DNA of 64,000 nucleotides from Octopus vulgaris (Eukaryota): NCBI GenBank assembly GCA_951406725.2, contig OX597835.1, positions 42,842,001 to 42,906,000 of the forward strand, read 5' to 3'. Shown piece by piece: positions 14,476 to 26,548 of this stretch (position 1 is its first letter; each line of letters starts with the position of its first letter). The notes under the pieces were generated by a model. It saw only the letters and a program-made list of their open reading frames with translations, ran no database searches and was not told where the DNA came from. The position numbers and the translations under genes were made by a program.

Positions 14476-14818
14476 CATTATATATATATATATATAACAA
14501 TAAACAGATGAGATATGTCTATCCAAGAGGTTCTCATGTTATTCGTTGTCGCTACTTCATAACATTATTCTCATTTTTACCTTTTACTTGTTTCTCTCCT
14601 TCGGCAGTAGCCATGCTGGGGCACTGCCTTGATGATGGGATTCTAGTTGAATAAATTGACCCCAGTGATTTTTTTTTTTGTTAAATCATGGTATCTATTC
14701 TTATCAGTGTCTCATGCCAGACTGCTAAGTTAGAAGAACATAAATAAACCAACACTGGTTGTCAAGTGGTGGAGGGGAAAAACACAAACACAAAAACTCT
14801 CCACCACAGACACAAAAA

Positions 14819-14851
<33 letters not shown>

Positions 14852-15030
14852 TATCATCACCATCATTCAAGATCCTTCTTCCATGCTGGCATGGGTTGGA
14901 CGGTTTGACAGGAGCTGGTCAGGCAGAAGCCATCACCATAAATCTGTGTCTGTTTTGGTAGGGTTTTTAACGGCTGGATACCCTTACAAACACCAGCCAC
15001 CCCGCAGAGTGGGGTATATATATATATATA

Positions 15031-15428
15031 TTACTCTTTTACTTGTTTCAGTCAGTTCACTGCGGTCATGCTGGAGCACTGCTTAATAGTTAAGCAAATC
15101 GCCCCCAGAGCTTATTTTTTGTAAGCCTAATACATATTCTATCGGTATCTTTTGGCGAACTGCTAAGTAACGGGGACGTAAACACACCAGCATCGGTTGT
15201 CAAGCAATGCTAGAGGGACAAACACAGACACACAAACACACACACGCATATATATATATACATATATACGACGGGCTTCTTCCAGTTTCTGTCTACCAAA
15301 TCCACTCACAAGGCTTTGGTCGGCCCGAGGCTATAGTAGAAGACACTTGCCCAAGGTGCCACGAAGTGAGACTGAACCCGGGACCATGTGGTTGGTAAGC
15401 AAGCTACTTACCACACAGACACTCCAGT
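15031..15428 (-). mobile_element. SINE family A
   Basis: Reverse complement of 10748-11165. Confidence 0.85.
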
Positions 15429-15435
15429 GCCTATA

Positions 15436-16510
15436 TCATCATCATCATCATCATCGTTTAACGTCCGCTTTTCATGCTGGCATAGGTTGGACGGTTCAAC
15501 TGGGTCTGGGAAGCCAGAAGGCTGCACCAGGCCCAGTCTGATCTGGCAGTGTTTCTACAGCTGGATGCCCTTCCTACCGCCAACCACTCCGTGAGTGTAG
15601 TGGGTGCTTTTTATGTGCCACCAGCACAGGTGCCAGATGAGGCTGGCAAACGGCCATGATCGGATGGTGCTTTTGACGTGCCACCGGCACGGGGACCAGA
15701 CACTGCTGGCAACGGCCACGGTCGGATGGTGCTTTTTACGTGCCACCGGCACGGAGGCCAGTCGGGCGGTGCTGTCTATGGCCACGTTCAGATGGTTCTC
15801 TTACGTGCCACCTGCACTGGTATCACAGCTACAAATTCCATTGATGTTGACAGATTACGATTTTGATTTTGATTTTCACTTGCCTCAACAGGTCTTCACA
15901 AGTGGAGTTTTGTGTCCCAAGAAGGAAAGGAATGCATAAGTGGGCTGGCTACATCCCAGGTAGAGGCCACGGGATTATGGCCTCACTTGTCCTGCCGGGT
16001 CTTCTCACGCACAGCATACTTCCAAAGGTCTCGGTCTCTAGTCATTTCCTCGGTGAGACCTAAAGTTCGAAGGTCGTGCTTCACCACCTCGTCCCAGGTT
16101 TTCCTGGGTCTACCTCTACCACAAGTTCCCTCAACCGCTAGGGTGTGGCACTTTTTCACACAACTATCTTCATCCATTCTCACCACATGACCATACCAGC
16201 GCAAACGTCTCTCTTGCACACCACAACTGATGCTTCTTAGGTCAAACTTTTCTCTCAAGGTATTTACACTCTGTCGAGTATGAACACTGACATTACGCAT
16301 CCATCGGAGCATACTGGCTTCATTTCTTGCAAGCTTACGCATATCCTCAGCAGTCACGGCCCATGTTTCACTGCCATGTAGCATAGCTGTTCGTACACAT
16401 GCATCATACAATCTGCCTTTTACTCTGAACGAGAGGCCTTTTGTCACCAGCAGAGGTAAGAGCTCTCTGAACTTTGCCCAGGCTATTCTTACTCTAGCAG
16501 TTACACTTTC
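15436..16510 (-). mobile_element. RTE-clade LINE, 5'-truncated (ORF2 C-terminus + 3' UTR)
   Basis: ORF 15983-16447 KGRLYDACVRTAMLHGSETWAV...RRLRWYGHVVRM...GRGRPRKTWDEVV, followed by a tandem-repeat 3' UTR and (gat)n tail. Confidence 0.9.
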
Positions 16511-16949
16511 GATATATATATTAAAATTTATAGTACAAAAAGATGGAATGAACAGGCTTTAATTGAAATCACAACAATTGTTTCTGTACATTAATAACAG
16601 CTGTTGCTGAGTTTTCCATATTATTTTATTATATAAATATGATCCAGCAAACAGTAGCGTATGGTTGCCAGTAACTGTAGAGGAGCTTTGATATGTACAT
16701 TATAAGGTTATTACCCACATGATATTAAATTACATACATATACACATACAAACACACATACATACACAGATACACACATACATACATACATACACACATA
16801 CACACATACATACACACATACATACATACATACATACATACACACACATACATACATACATACATACATACATACATACATACATACATACATACACACA
16901 CATACATACATACATACACACATACATACATACATATAAGTTGATTATA

Positions 16950-17180
16950 AGGCGGCGAGCTGGCAGAAATGTTAGCACGCTGGGCGAAATGCGTAGCCAT
17001 ATTTCGTCTGCCGCTACGTTCTGAGTTCAAATTCCGCCGAGGTCGACTTTGCCTTTCATCCTTTCGGGGTCGATTAAATAAGTACCAGTTACGCACTGGG
17101 GTCGATGTAATCGACTTAATTCGTTTGTGTGTCCTTGTTTGTCCCTTCTGTGTTTAGCCCCTTGTGGGTAATAAAGAAAC
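16950..17180 (+). mobile_element. SINE family B, near-consensus copy
   Basis: ggcggcgagctggcagaa...gagttcaaattccgccgaggtcgactttgcctttcatcctttcggggtcgat. The central block resembles the Meta/MESC SINE domain (from memory, unverified). Confidence 0.8.
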
Positions 17181-18098
17181 ACATACATACAGATGATTTC
17201 ATGTAGAGAGTGTGAAAGAAACTGGTGCAGATTCACAATAAGGATCTGTAAGATATTCCCAAAATTCTCCAGCCGAGATTCTTTAGGTGAATAGATGCAC
17301 ACACCAACTCAACCACATATTTATAAACACCGGGGTCTCTCTTAACTCAAGTAGTCTTGTCGCTTTGTTAGCGACCGACTTGAGCCCTCTCAGAAACTGA
17401 AATAAAACTCAAAGAAAATCATACATTCACACACACACACACCTCTCTGCAAGGATGATGCACTGGCAATATCAAGAGAGGCAAACGACCATACACTAGA
17501 TAGGCTTAGAAAGGGCCTCACCAGCACCATGAATTCCTTTGGACTGAAGGCTATGATGGTGGATTTCCTTATGTGACCCTGGACTTGGAGTCTGGTGCCT
17601 ATAGAGGACCAGTCACCATATTTCATTCCATATTGACTACCTCTGATGAGTGTAGGGTTATGTAATCGGATTGTTACCTAACCCTCTGTTGTACCCCAAG
17701 TATGAAACTGATTGGTAAGATCAGCCATGATGGTTATATAATACTGTACACTACGGATAATATATATACACACATATATATACACACACACACGGGCTTT
17801 TTTCAGTTTTCATCAACCACATCCACTCATAAAGCTTTGATTGGCTCAGGGCTATCATAGAAGGCACTTATCCAAGATACTACACAGTGGGACTGGAATG
17901 AAGACCACATTGTTGAAAGGACTATCGTTATTACCTCTGTCTTAGCGAAGGTTGAGGTATTGTTTTCAGTTGTCTTTGTTTGTTTGTTCGTGGACAGGAT
18001 ATCTCAAGAACTGCTGAATGGATTCAGATGAAACATCATCATCATCATCAACGTCATCATCAGTGCTAATATTTTTAATATTTTACTCTTTCTTTCAG

Positions 18099-18206
18099 GT
18101 AAGGAATGCTTGAATGGTAAAAATGATTGTTCAAATGTGTTCCCATGTGGTAACCATGCTCTCTGCTTCACCGACGGAAAATTTTACTGCATTGAACCCA
18201 TCATAG
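18099..18206 (+). CDS. Gene 1 exon 2: 6-Cys module A, CKECLNGKNDCSNVFPCGNHALCFTDGKFYCIEPII
   Basis: Strong acceptor ttttactctttctttcAG and donor G|GTAAGT; 108 nt, phase 1-1, open frame; homologous to gene 2 exons 2 and 3. Missed by the ORF track. Confidence 0.9.
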
Positions 18207-18574
18207 GTAAGTAGACTCTTCCAATCTAATAGAGTGGGCTGTTCCATTTTATATATACAAGGGAGTACTGAAAAGTCCCTGGATTTGGATAAACGAATAT
18301 ACAGGATGATCAGTTGATTATGATTTTATCCAACATATTCCCCTCTCAGATTCTTATTTATTATGGTGGTCCTTCAGTTTTTCTAGGTCCTAAAAAAGGA
18401 ACTTGGAAGGTCGCGTCTCCAACCAGGCCTTTCATGATACCCTCGAAGCAGGAATTCTTCAGCCCCCCCCCACCTCATACATGCAGAACTTTAGAAAACA
18501 GTAGCAAATGGAGTGGGGAGGCGACAGGTAGGTCAGATAAATTAAATTAAGGTTGATCATTGAGATATGTACAT

Positions 18575-19131
18575 AGGTGCAGGTGTGGCTGCGTGACAAG
18601 AAGTTTGCTTCTCAACAACAGGGTTCTAGGTTCAGTCCCACTGTGTGGCACCTTGAGCAAATGTCTTCTACTATAGCCTTTGGCTGACCAAAGCCTTGTG
18701 AGTAGACTTGCTAGATGGAAACTAAAGGAAGCCTGTTGCATATGTATTCTTTTGTCTCTTTTACTTGATTCAGTGATTTGACTGTGGCCATGCTGGAGCA
18801 AAGCGTTTTAGTCGAACAAATCGACACCAGGGTTTATTTTTTTGTAAGCCTAGTTCTTATTCCGTTGGGCTCTTTTACCGAACCACTAAGTTACGGGGAC
18901 GTAAACACACCAACATCAGTTGTTAAGCAATGGTGAGAGAAGAAACACAGACATGCAAACATATATATATATGACAGGCTTCTTTCAGTTTCCATTTACC
19001 AGATCTACTCACAAGGCTTTGGTCAGCCCGAGGCTATAGTAGAAGACACTTGCCCAAGGTGCCACGCAGTGGGATTGAACCTGGAGCTATGTGGTTGGAT
19101 AAGGAAGCTACTTACCACACAGCCACTCCTG
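18575..19131. mobile_element. Inverted pair of family A SINEs (+ head 18575-18740, - copy 18748-19131)
   Basis: The head sequence and its reverse complement are both present. Confidence 0.75.
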
Positions 19132-19156
19132 AACCTTATATATATATATAAAAACG

Positions 19157-19650
19157 AGTGTGACCATTGACAGAGTGGCTAACCGGGTTCCATGCCAGTG
19201 GCACTTAAAAGGCACCATTTGAGTGTGATCGTTACCAGCATCGCCTTACTGGCACTTGAGCCCCGTGCTAGTAGGGTGCTAAGAGCACCATCCGAGCATG
19301 ATCGTTGCCAGAGCGGCTAACTGGCCTACATGCTGGTGGCACATAAAAGGCAACATTCGAGCATGATCGTTACCAGCATTGCCTTACTGGCACCTGTGCT
19401 GGTGGCATGTATAAAAAGATTTGAGCGAGGTCATTGCCAGTACCACCTGACTGGCCCGTGCCAGTGGCACGTAAAAGCACACACTACACTCTCGGAGTGG
19501 TTGGCATTAGGAAGGGCATCCAGCTGTAGAAACTCTGCCAGATCTAGATTGGAGTCTGGTGCAGTCATCTGGTTCGCCAGCCCTCAGTCAAATCGTCCAA
19601 CCCATGCAAGCATGGAAAGCGGACGTTAAACGATGATGATGATGATGATG
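19157..19650 (+). mobile_element. RTE 3' UTR fragment with hairpin-repeat array
   Basis: gtgccagtggcac-type units and the standard 3' terminus with (gat)n. Similar fragments at 22120-22452(-), 26545-27311(-), 36188-36452, 37060-37510, 41307-41750(-), 42967-43113(-) and 47888-48046. Confidence 0.8.
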
Positions 19651-20243
19651 ATATATATATATACATATATGTATATATATATATATATATATGTATTTAT
19701 GTGTGTGTGCCTTTGTGTGTATCTTTGTATCCCACCATCACTAGACAACCGGTGTTGGTGTGTTTACATCCTTATAACTTAGCAGTTAGAGGGGTGTAAG
19801 CAAAAGAGACCAATAGAATACATACCAGGCTTTAAAAATAGGTACTGGGGCCAATTCTTCAAGGCAGTGCTCCAGCATGGTCACACTCTAATGACTGAGA
19901 CAACTAATAGATAAAAGGTTAAAGATATACATACACACAAAAAAAATCGTCTTCAGATGTGGATTTAATTTTTTCATATGTGTCTACAAAAGTGGAAAAA
20001 TTGATGCCTGTTGATCTGATGATCCAGCCTTCTGTATCTGCATTGGTTTGTAAAATATACAATAGTACTATGCAGTTTATAGCTTATATGTAAAATAATG
20101 CATTATACATTAAAATAAAGTATTTTTACATGATATCAACTGGTAAAATAAATATATTCATCTCACACCTCCTGACTTTCTTTATATTCTATATATATAT
20201 ATATATATATATATACGAACACACATACATCTGTATATATATA

Positions 20244-20288
<45 letters not shown>

Positions 20289-20363
20289 GCATACATACAT
20301 ACATATATATATATATGTATATATATATGTATGTATACATATGTGTATGTTATATGTTATATG

Positions 20364-20406
<43 letters not shown>

Positions 20407-20409
<3 letters not shown>

Positions 20410-20716
20410 GAGGCACAATGGCCCAGTGATTAGGGCAGCAGATTCGCGGTTGTAGGATCGCGGTTTCGATTCCAAGACCGGGCGTTGTGAGTGTTTATTG
20501 AGTGAAAACACCTAAAGTTCCACGAGGCTCCGGCAGGGGATGGTAGCGATCCCTGCTGTACTCTTTTGCCACAACTTTCTCTCACTCTTTCTTCTGTTGA
20601 CCTGCTCACTTAGCCAGCAGGGTGGCATCATTTGAAGGCTAAAACAATGCGAGCGCATTGTGACCAGCGATGTGTAGCAACATCTGATAGCCTGGTCGGT
20701 TATAGTGATCACTATG

Positions 20717-20720
<4 letters not shown>
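20407..20720 (+). mobile_element. tRNA-derived SINE, third family, inserted in (TA)n
   Basis: A-box-like tggcccagtga and B-box-like ggtttcgattcc followed by a non-tRNA body. Confidence 0.6.
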
Positions 20721-20775
<55 letters not shown>

Positions 20776-21088
20776 GTATGTATATATATATGTATATATA
20801 TATCGATATATATGTGTGTGTGTGTGTGTATACATACACATACACACATATTACATAACTGGCTTCTGCACAGTTTCTGTCTTCCAAATTCACTCAGAAG
20901 GCATTAATTGGCCCACAGCTATAGTAGAAGACACTTGCCTAAGGCGCTCTGCAGTGAGATTGACCCCCTACACACACACACACACATGGTAACCAAGAAA
21001 GCTTCATAACCTTACAGCCATGCCTACCCCTAGTGAAAGACAGTTATGCATTATCAATATCTAAGGTTGTTGCATTGTTTCCTTCCAG

Positions 21089-21205
21089 ATGTTTGTGCTG
21101 TACCAGATGTGGAAACTGCCTGTCTACCCAGCTGCGATTCAGGGTGGATACCCCTATTTAACACGACGTGTAAGGCTGGTGTGTGTTGTGTTAAGGTGCC
21201 ATCAT
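21089..21205 (+). CDS. Gene 1 exon 3: beta-defensin/big-defensin-like module B, DVCAVPDVETACLPSCDSGWIPLFNTTCKAGVCCVKVPS
   Basis: Acceptor tgtttccttccAG and donor T|GTAAGT; 117 nt, phase 1-1; C-x8-C-x3-C-x11-C-x4-CC; homologous to gene 2 exon 4. Confidence 0.9.
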
Positions 21206-21333
21206 GTAAGTGGTTTGTTTTATTTCTCCCTTGGTCTGTACTACTGCAATACTGTAACAGTAGAGTGGAGTGGTGAAGTGTGTGTGTATGTACGTGTGTG
21301 TGTGTGTGTGTGTGAGTGTGTGTGTGTGTGTGA

Positions 21334-21376
<43 letters not shown>

Positions 21377-22725
21377 TGTGTGTGTGTGTGTGCATACGTG
21401 TGTGTGCGTGTGTGTGTGTGTGTGTGTGCGTATGTACGTGTGTGTGTGTGTGTGTGTATGATCAGGTTGCTCTTGGGCACCACAGGTAACATGTAACCCA
21501 GTACAACCTGTTGCATGGTGGAGTCATCGATGGCTAAACTGGCAGCCCCATCAATCTTGGTTGGTGAAGAGGGTCATGGTTGGACATCCTGCACTTCAGA
21601 AAATAAAACCTGTAAAATGGCCGGAAGAGCCCATGAGCAGTTAATGGCCATCCAACAATATGCGTACATGTGTACGTTTGCATGTATGTATATATGTGCG
21701 GGTATGTGGAAATACCTGGGTTGGTATCCAGGCGTGCGGGTGCCCCACTGGGAGTGGGAGGCCCCTCTCTTGTTGTCACAACATCTCTCTCCAGGAGAGG
21801 GGAAACTCTGAGAGAAAACCTGCGACACTGACAATATTCGATGATGTAGACTAGTTGTTCTTTTCGAGTTTATGTTGTCCATGTTTAGAGAGTGGAAAAG
21901 GATTGGTGCAAGTCCTTTCCCCACTTCAAAAATCCTCATGCACAGGCATCGCTTGAAAAATTGTTAAGACCTATCACAAAAATGTTTGGTCGTAGCCTTC
22001 GCATGTTTGAGACTTTCGATCAGGCGATAGCAATATTCAAACAATGAGTTTGCAGCCATTATGTATGTATGCTTGTGTAACATACACACATATATATATA
22101 TATATACACGCATATATACATCATCATCATCAGCGTTTAACGTCCGCTTTCCATGCTAGCATGGGTTGGACGGTTTAACTGGGGTCTGGGAAGCTAGAAG
22201 GCTGCACCAGGCTCCAGTCTGATCTGGCAGTGTTTCTACAGCTGGATGCCCTTCCTAACACCGACCACTCTGAGAGTGTAGTGGGTGCTTTTTACATGCC
22301 ACCAGCACAGGTGCCAGACGAGGCTGGCAAACGGCCACAATCGGATGGTGCTTTTTACATGCCACTGGCAGGGAGGCCAGTCAGGGCGGCGCTGGCTATG
22401 GCCACATTCGGATGGTTCTCTTACATGCCACCGGCACTGGTATCACAGCTAATAGGGAGATACTATTAACAATTCAATAATTTATTTATATTATAATATT
22501 ACATGATATACTATGAATTTAACATAACAGTATTATATAACATAATTATTTTAAAAAACCTATATTGGCCAACAAATTGTTTCAACTTATATTTCTATGG
22601 TATTCAACTGACGAACCAGTGAATTGGATGTTTAACACATTTCTTTGAAGGATCTCTTTTCCTCAGTTTGTTACTATATATACATATATGTATGTAAAAA
22701 ACATTTTTTTTTTTTCTTTTTGCAG

Positions 22726-22760
22726 AAATAGAAAATACAATAAAGTTGTGAGGAAGTCAA
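22726..22760 (+). other. Gene 1 terminal exon: completes the split stop codon (T|AA), short 3' UTR, AATAAA at 22739-22744
   Basis: Very strong acceptor (T-rich tract)tgcAG|AA; the exon 3 terminal T plus AA gives TAA. The 3' end is approximate. Confidence 0.65.
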
Positions 22761-23554
22761 TGAAGATTCTAAACTCCAGAAAGTAAAACTCTGATTTTAA
22801 GTTGTAAACTCCTGAGAGTCAGGATTCCAACCAGGATTTTGTAAAACAACAAAAATAAAAATTTCTAAAAATGTACATGAAAATAAAAGTTCATCAAAAT
22901 TTCTTTTGTTTTAGAAAATTGCTATTTTTAAATCTCACAGCGAGAGATATTCAGCAACAGTACTTTGGAGTAAAGATTATTTGCAAACATAACATGGCAG
23001 TCCTGGTTCAGGATGAATGTTGCCCCAGGACACATACATCATCTCCAGTTGGCTATATGACACAATCTGTGTCCTTATATTTTCAAACAAGGGGATCTAG
23101 CACCCCCACTCAGCTCAAAACAATATCTGTGTATTGCAATTTCCAGGTTATAGCCAGCTGGAGACGATGTCTCCTGGGGCTAAATTACAGCAACATTCGT
23201 CCTAAACCAAGACTGCAGACTGCCATTTTATGTTGGCAAACAATCTTTATTCTTTATTCTTTATTCTTTTGTTTTATTCAAAACTTGCTTTATTGATTTA
23301 TTTATTTCATTGAATTATTTAGCAAAGTATATTGGAAAAATACCATTGATGGTTTGTGGGGTACAAACATAGGTTGATGTTTGAGGTTAAGAATGTCACC
23401 CAGGTTAATACCCCATAAGTGTGTCTTTAGCAGAATACCCACGATTGTAAATACTAAGATGAAGTCATTGATCTGAGAATAAATCCCTACTTTCTATGTG
23501 TCTTCGGGGCCATGGAAAAGGGCCATGGTGTTGCACTTCTTTGGAATAAACAAT

Positions 23555-23609
<55 letters not shown>

Positions 23610-23616
<7 letters not shown>

Positions 23617-23866
23617 ATCCAAACAAGAAAACACAGAAAAAACACAGAAAAAAACACAGAAAAAACACAGCAACGCGAGGACGTGGAACAATTAAAGTAT
23701 TATTTGACGCTCAGGAAAGAAGGGAAGGAGGGTTTAACGTTTCGAGCGGAGCTCTTCGTCGGAAACAAGGAGAAGGAAAGATCCCGAGAAGGGAAGACAG
23801 AGGAAAAAAATATTTTTGCTGGTGGTGCTCAAGAGATCACATGTTGAAAGAACAGAAGTTGAGAGC

Positions 23867-23898
<32 letters not shown>

Positions 23899-24900
23899 GG
23901 GAGTATGGCTCCAAACTTACAGGGAAAAATTAGATTTAGTATTAAATCGAATTTCACAGTATAAATATATAAAATATGAATTAGAGATAAAACCACTATT
24001 AGGCAACTCAAACAGTGATAGACATAAGCCAATACATAAATAACAAATAATATAAATAACAAATAACATAAATATAATTAATTATATAAATATAATAATT
24101 TTTTTTTCAAAAAGTATAGAAAGAATGATAAATATAATATAATAAATAAAAACACTACGTATGTTTCATGGCTATAATTAAATTCGAGTTACAATTAAGT
24201 TTAAATTCAATTGAAATAAATTTGAACTAAAATTATAGTCAATCTTCAGGTTAATGATAATAGTTAAATAAATGAGCAAATAGAGTTAAACAATATTTTT
24301 TAAGAAATAAATAAAATAATAATTTTTCTTATAAAAAAACCATTATCTAAATTAGAAACTTAAAACATTAAGATTATGTCATACAACCCATTTATTATTT
24401 ATTTTTAATATTTTTAATATTTTTAATATTTATTTTTAAGGTAAAAAAATAGATAGAAATATGTATTTATCTTTGGAGATATAATATGGCTTTAAAAAAC
24501 ATAATAAACTCACAAATATCCTTAACTCAGTTATAGTATAATATTTAATTACCAAATTATTTAACAAAATACTCACTATTCATATTTTTAGATTTAAGTT
24601 CACATCTAATAATTATAAAATATTTTAAAATAATAACTAAATTTTTATCAACAAATATAACAATTAAAATCTAAAATTTACTCTATCAATAAATATATAG
24701 ACATATAATGAAAAATAAATAAATTAATTAGTCCATTATTACTTACATAAATATTAAATATCAGTATAATATATTTATGAAATACATTAAAAAATTAAAG
24801 ATACCAAAGGCAGAGTAATATACTATTTCATTAAAACTGAAAAAAAATCTCTGCAAACTGTTACTCAGAATTTCAAGTAACCATTCCTCAGACGGAGGTG
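23610..24900 (-). mobile_element. AT-rich Penelope-like non-coding remnants carrying hammerhead-like motifs
   Basis: Three CUGANGA-type...GAAA motifs on the minus strand (23732-23766, 24152-24253, 24858-24895) between (TA)n tracts. Confidence 0.45.
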
Positions 24901-25098
24901 ATAATACAGAAGAATTATCCGACACTCACTTGAAATACTGGATTACAGTACATGAGGATCTTTTATAGTTTTAATAAAATGGCATATTTTATCTTTTAAT
25001 TGTTTCAGCCATTAGACTATGGCTATACTGGGGCTACTGCCGCGAAGAATTTTTAGTCAAATATATTCACCCCAACCTTTTTTTCTTTTAAAGCTTGA

Positions 25099-25255
25099 TA
25101 TTTATTCTCTTGATCTCTCTGCTGAACTGTTAAGTTACAGGGATGTAAACACACCAACACTGGTTGTCAAGCAGTGATGTGGAACAAATAGAAAGACACA
25201 CAGGCACACATATATATACATATATATATATGTGTATGTATATATATGTGTATAT

Positions 25256-25300
<45 letters not shown>

Positions 25301-25444
25301 TATACATACACATATATATATATGTATATATATGTGTGCCTGTGTGTCTTTCTATTTGTTCCCCATCACTGCTTGACAACCAGTGTTGGTGTGTTTACAT
25401 CCCTGTAACTTAACAGTTCAGCAGAGAGATCAAGAGAATAAATA
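25099..25444. repeat. About 346-bp near-perfect palindrome (SINE A 3' half folded back on a (TA)n centre)
   Basis: The arms are reverse complements; ORFs 25164(+) and 25379(-) translate almost identically. Confidence 0.95.
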
Positions 25445-25519
25445 AATAATTTCCAGTAACGCTGCCGTAATCTCCTTTAGAGAGACTTAGTAATTTTAAT
25501 ATTTCTATTATATATATAT

Positions 25520-26468
25520 ATATAAATTTCACCACGGCCGCTACTTCAAACAGACACTCACTCTGACGGAAATATGCCTTAGTAAAAAAGGGAAAAAAAT
25601 TCTTTCGTGCAAATCTGACCCTGATACATACGATACAGCTAAGGGTCAGACCCGATTCTGATTGGTCAACAAGTTGATGACGTCTAGCTCTGCTAGAATG
25701 GACAGGATACAAACAGGGGACAGTCATTAGTCAGAATATTGATGACGTCCTTTTCTGCTTGAATAGTCACCTAACAAGTACAGACAGGGGGCAGATCTAA
25801 TGTAGCTATAAGTCGTGATTGGGCAGAATCTGAATGACATCCCGCTATGCTTGACTAACGAAGCGACTGGTCAAGACAGGAAACAAACAAGAGGGAGTTA
25901 TAATGCAGCGCTTGGTCAAAATAATGATGACGTCCCGTTCCACTTGATTAAAGCCACCTAACGAAACGATTGGTCAAAACATTGATGACGTCACGCTACG
26001 CTAGATTGACCACCTAACAGGCATTATAAAACCAAGCATTTCACAAAAAATCACTAGAACCACCCAGCGAACTTCCACTATGTGTCATCACAATTGCTTA
26101 AGGTAAAAATGAATTCCTCGCTCTTTCGGAAACATCAATCTTCTGTATTGACCGCTTTCCACCACTTTGATCTGTTTTTTGTATTGAATACGTATCGCCA
26201 CCGTGGGCCACTGCATCGAACACTTTGAAATATACTTCAAACTATATATCAACTATACATGAACTATATATCAACTATACATGAACTCTAAGATGTCTGA
26301 CTCCGTGGTGTATTATAAATGAATTTCTTGTGTTTGACGGCATGAGCTGTCTCTTTTTATATATAACTTTTTTTGATAAGGTTCATTTCAGGAACTGAAA
26401 CATGTTATAATGTATATATAAAAATTAAAAATTGTATAATACAGCAGCATTTTCGAACTTCATTTTTT

Positions 26469-26470
<2 letters not shown>
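25520..26470 (+). mobile_element. Penelope pseudo-LTR copy
   Basis: Colinear with about 12390-13325; the 3' part is near-identical to 55021-55440. Confidence 0.75.

Positions 26471-26548
<78 letters not shown>

Noticed and set aside
17636-17730. Hammerhead-like CTGATGA...GAAAC motif
   Set aside because: Stem I and the cleavage triplet cannot be formed convincingly; at best a decayed relic.
20407-20485. tRNA gene
   Set aside because: Only A/B-box-like head without a closed cloverleaf; continues into a SINE body.
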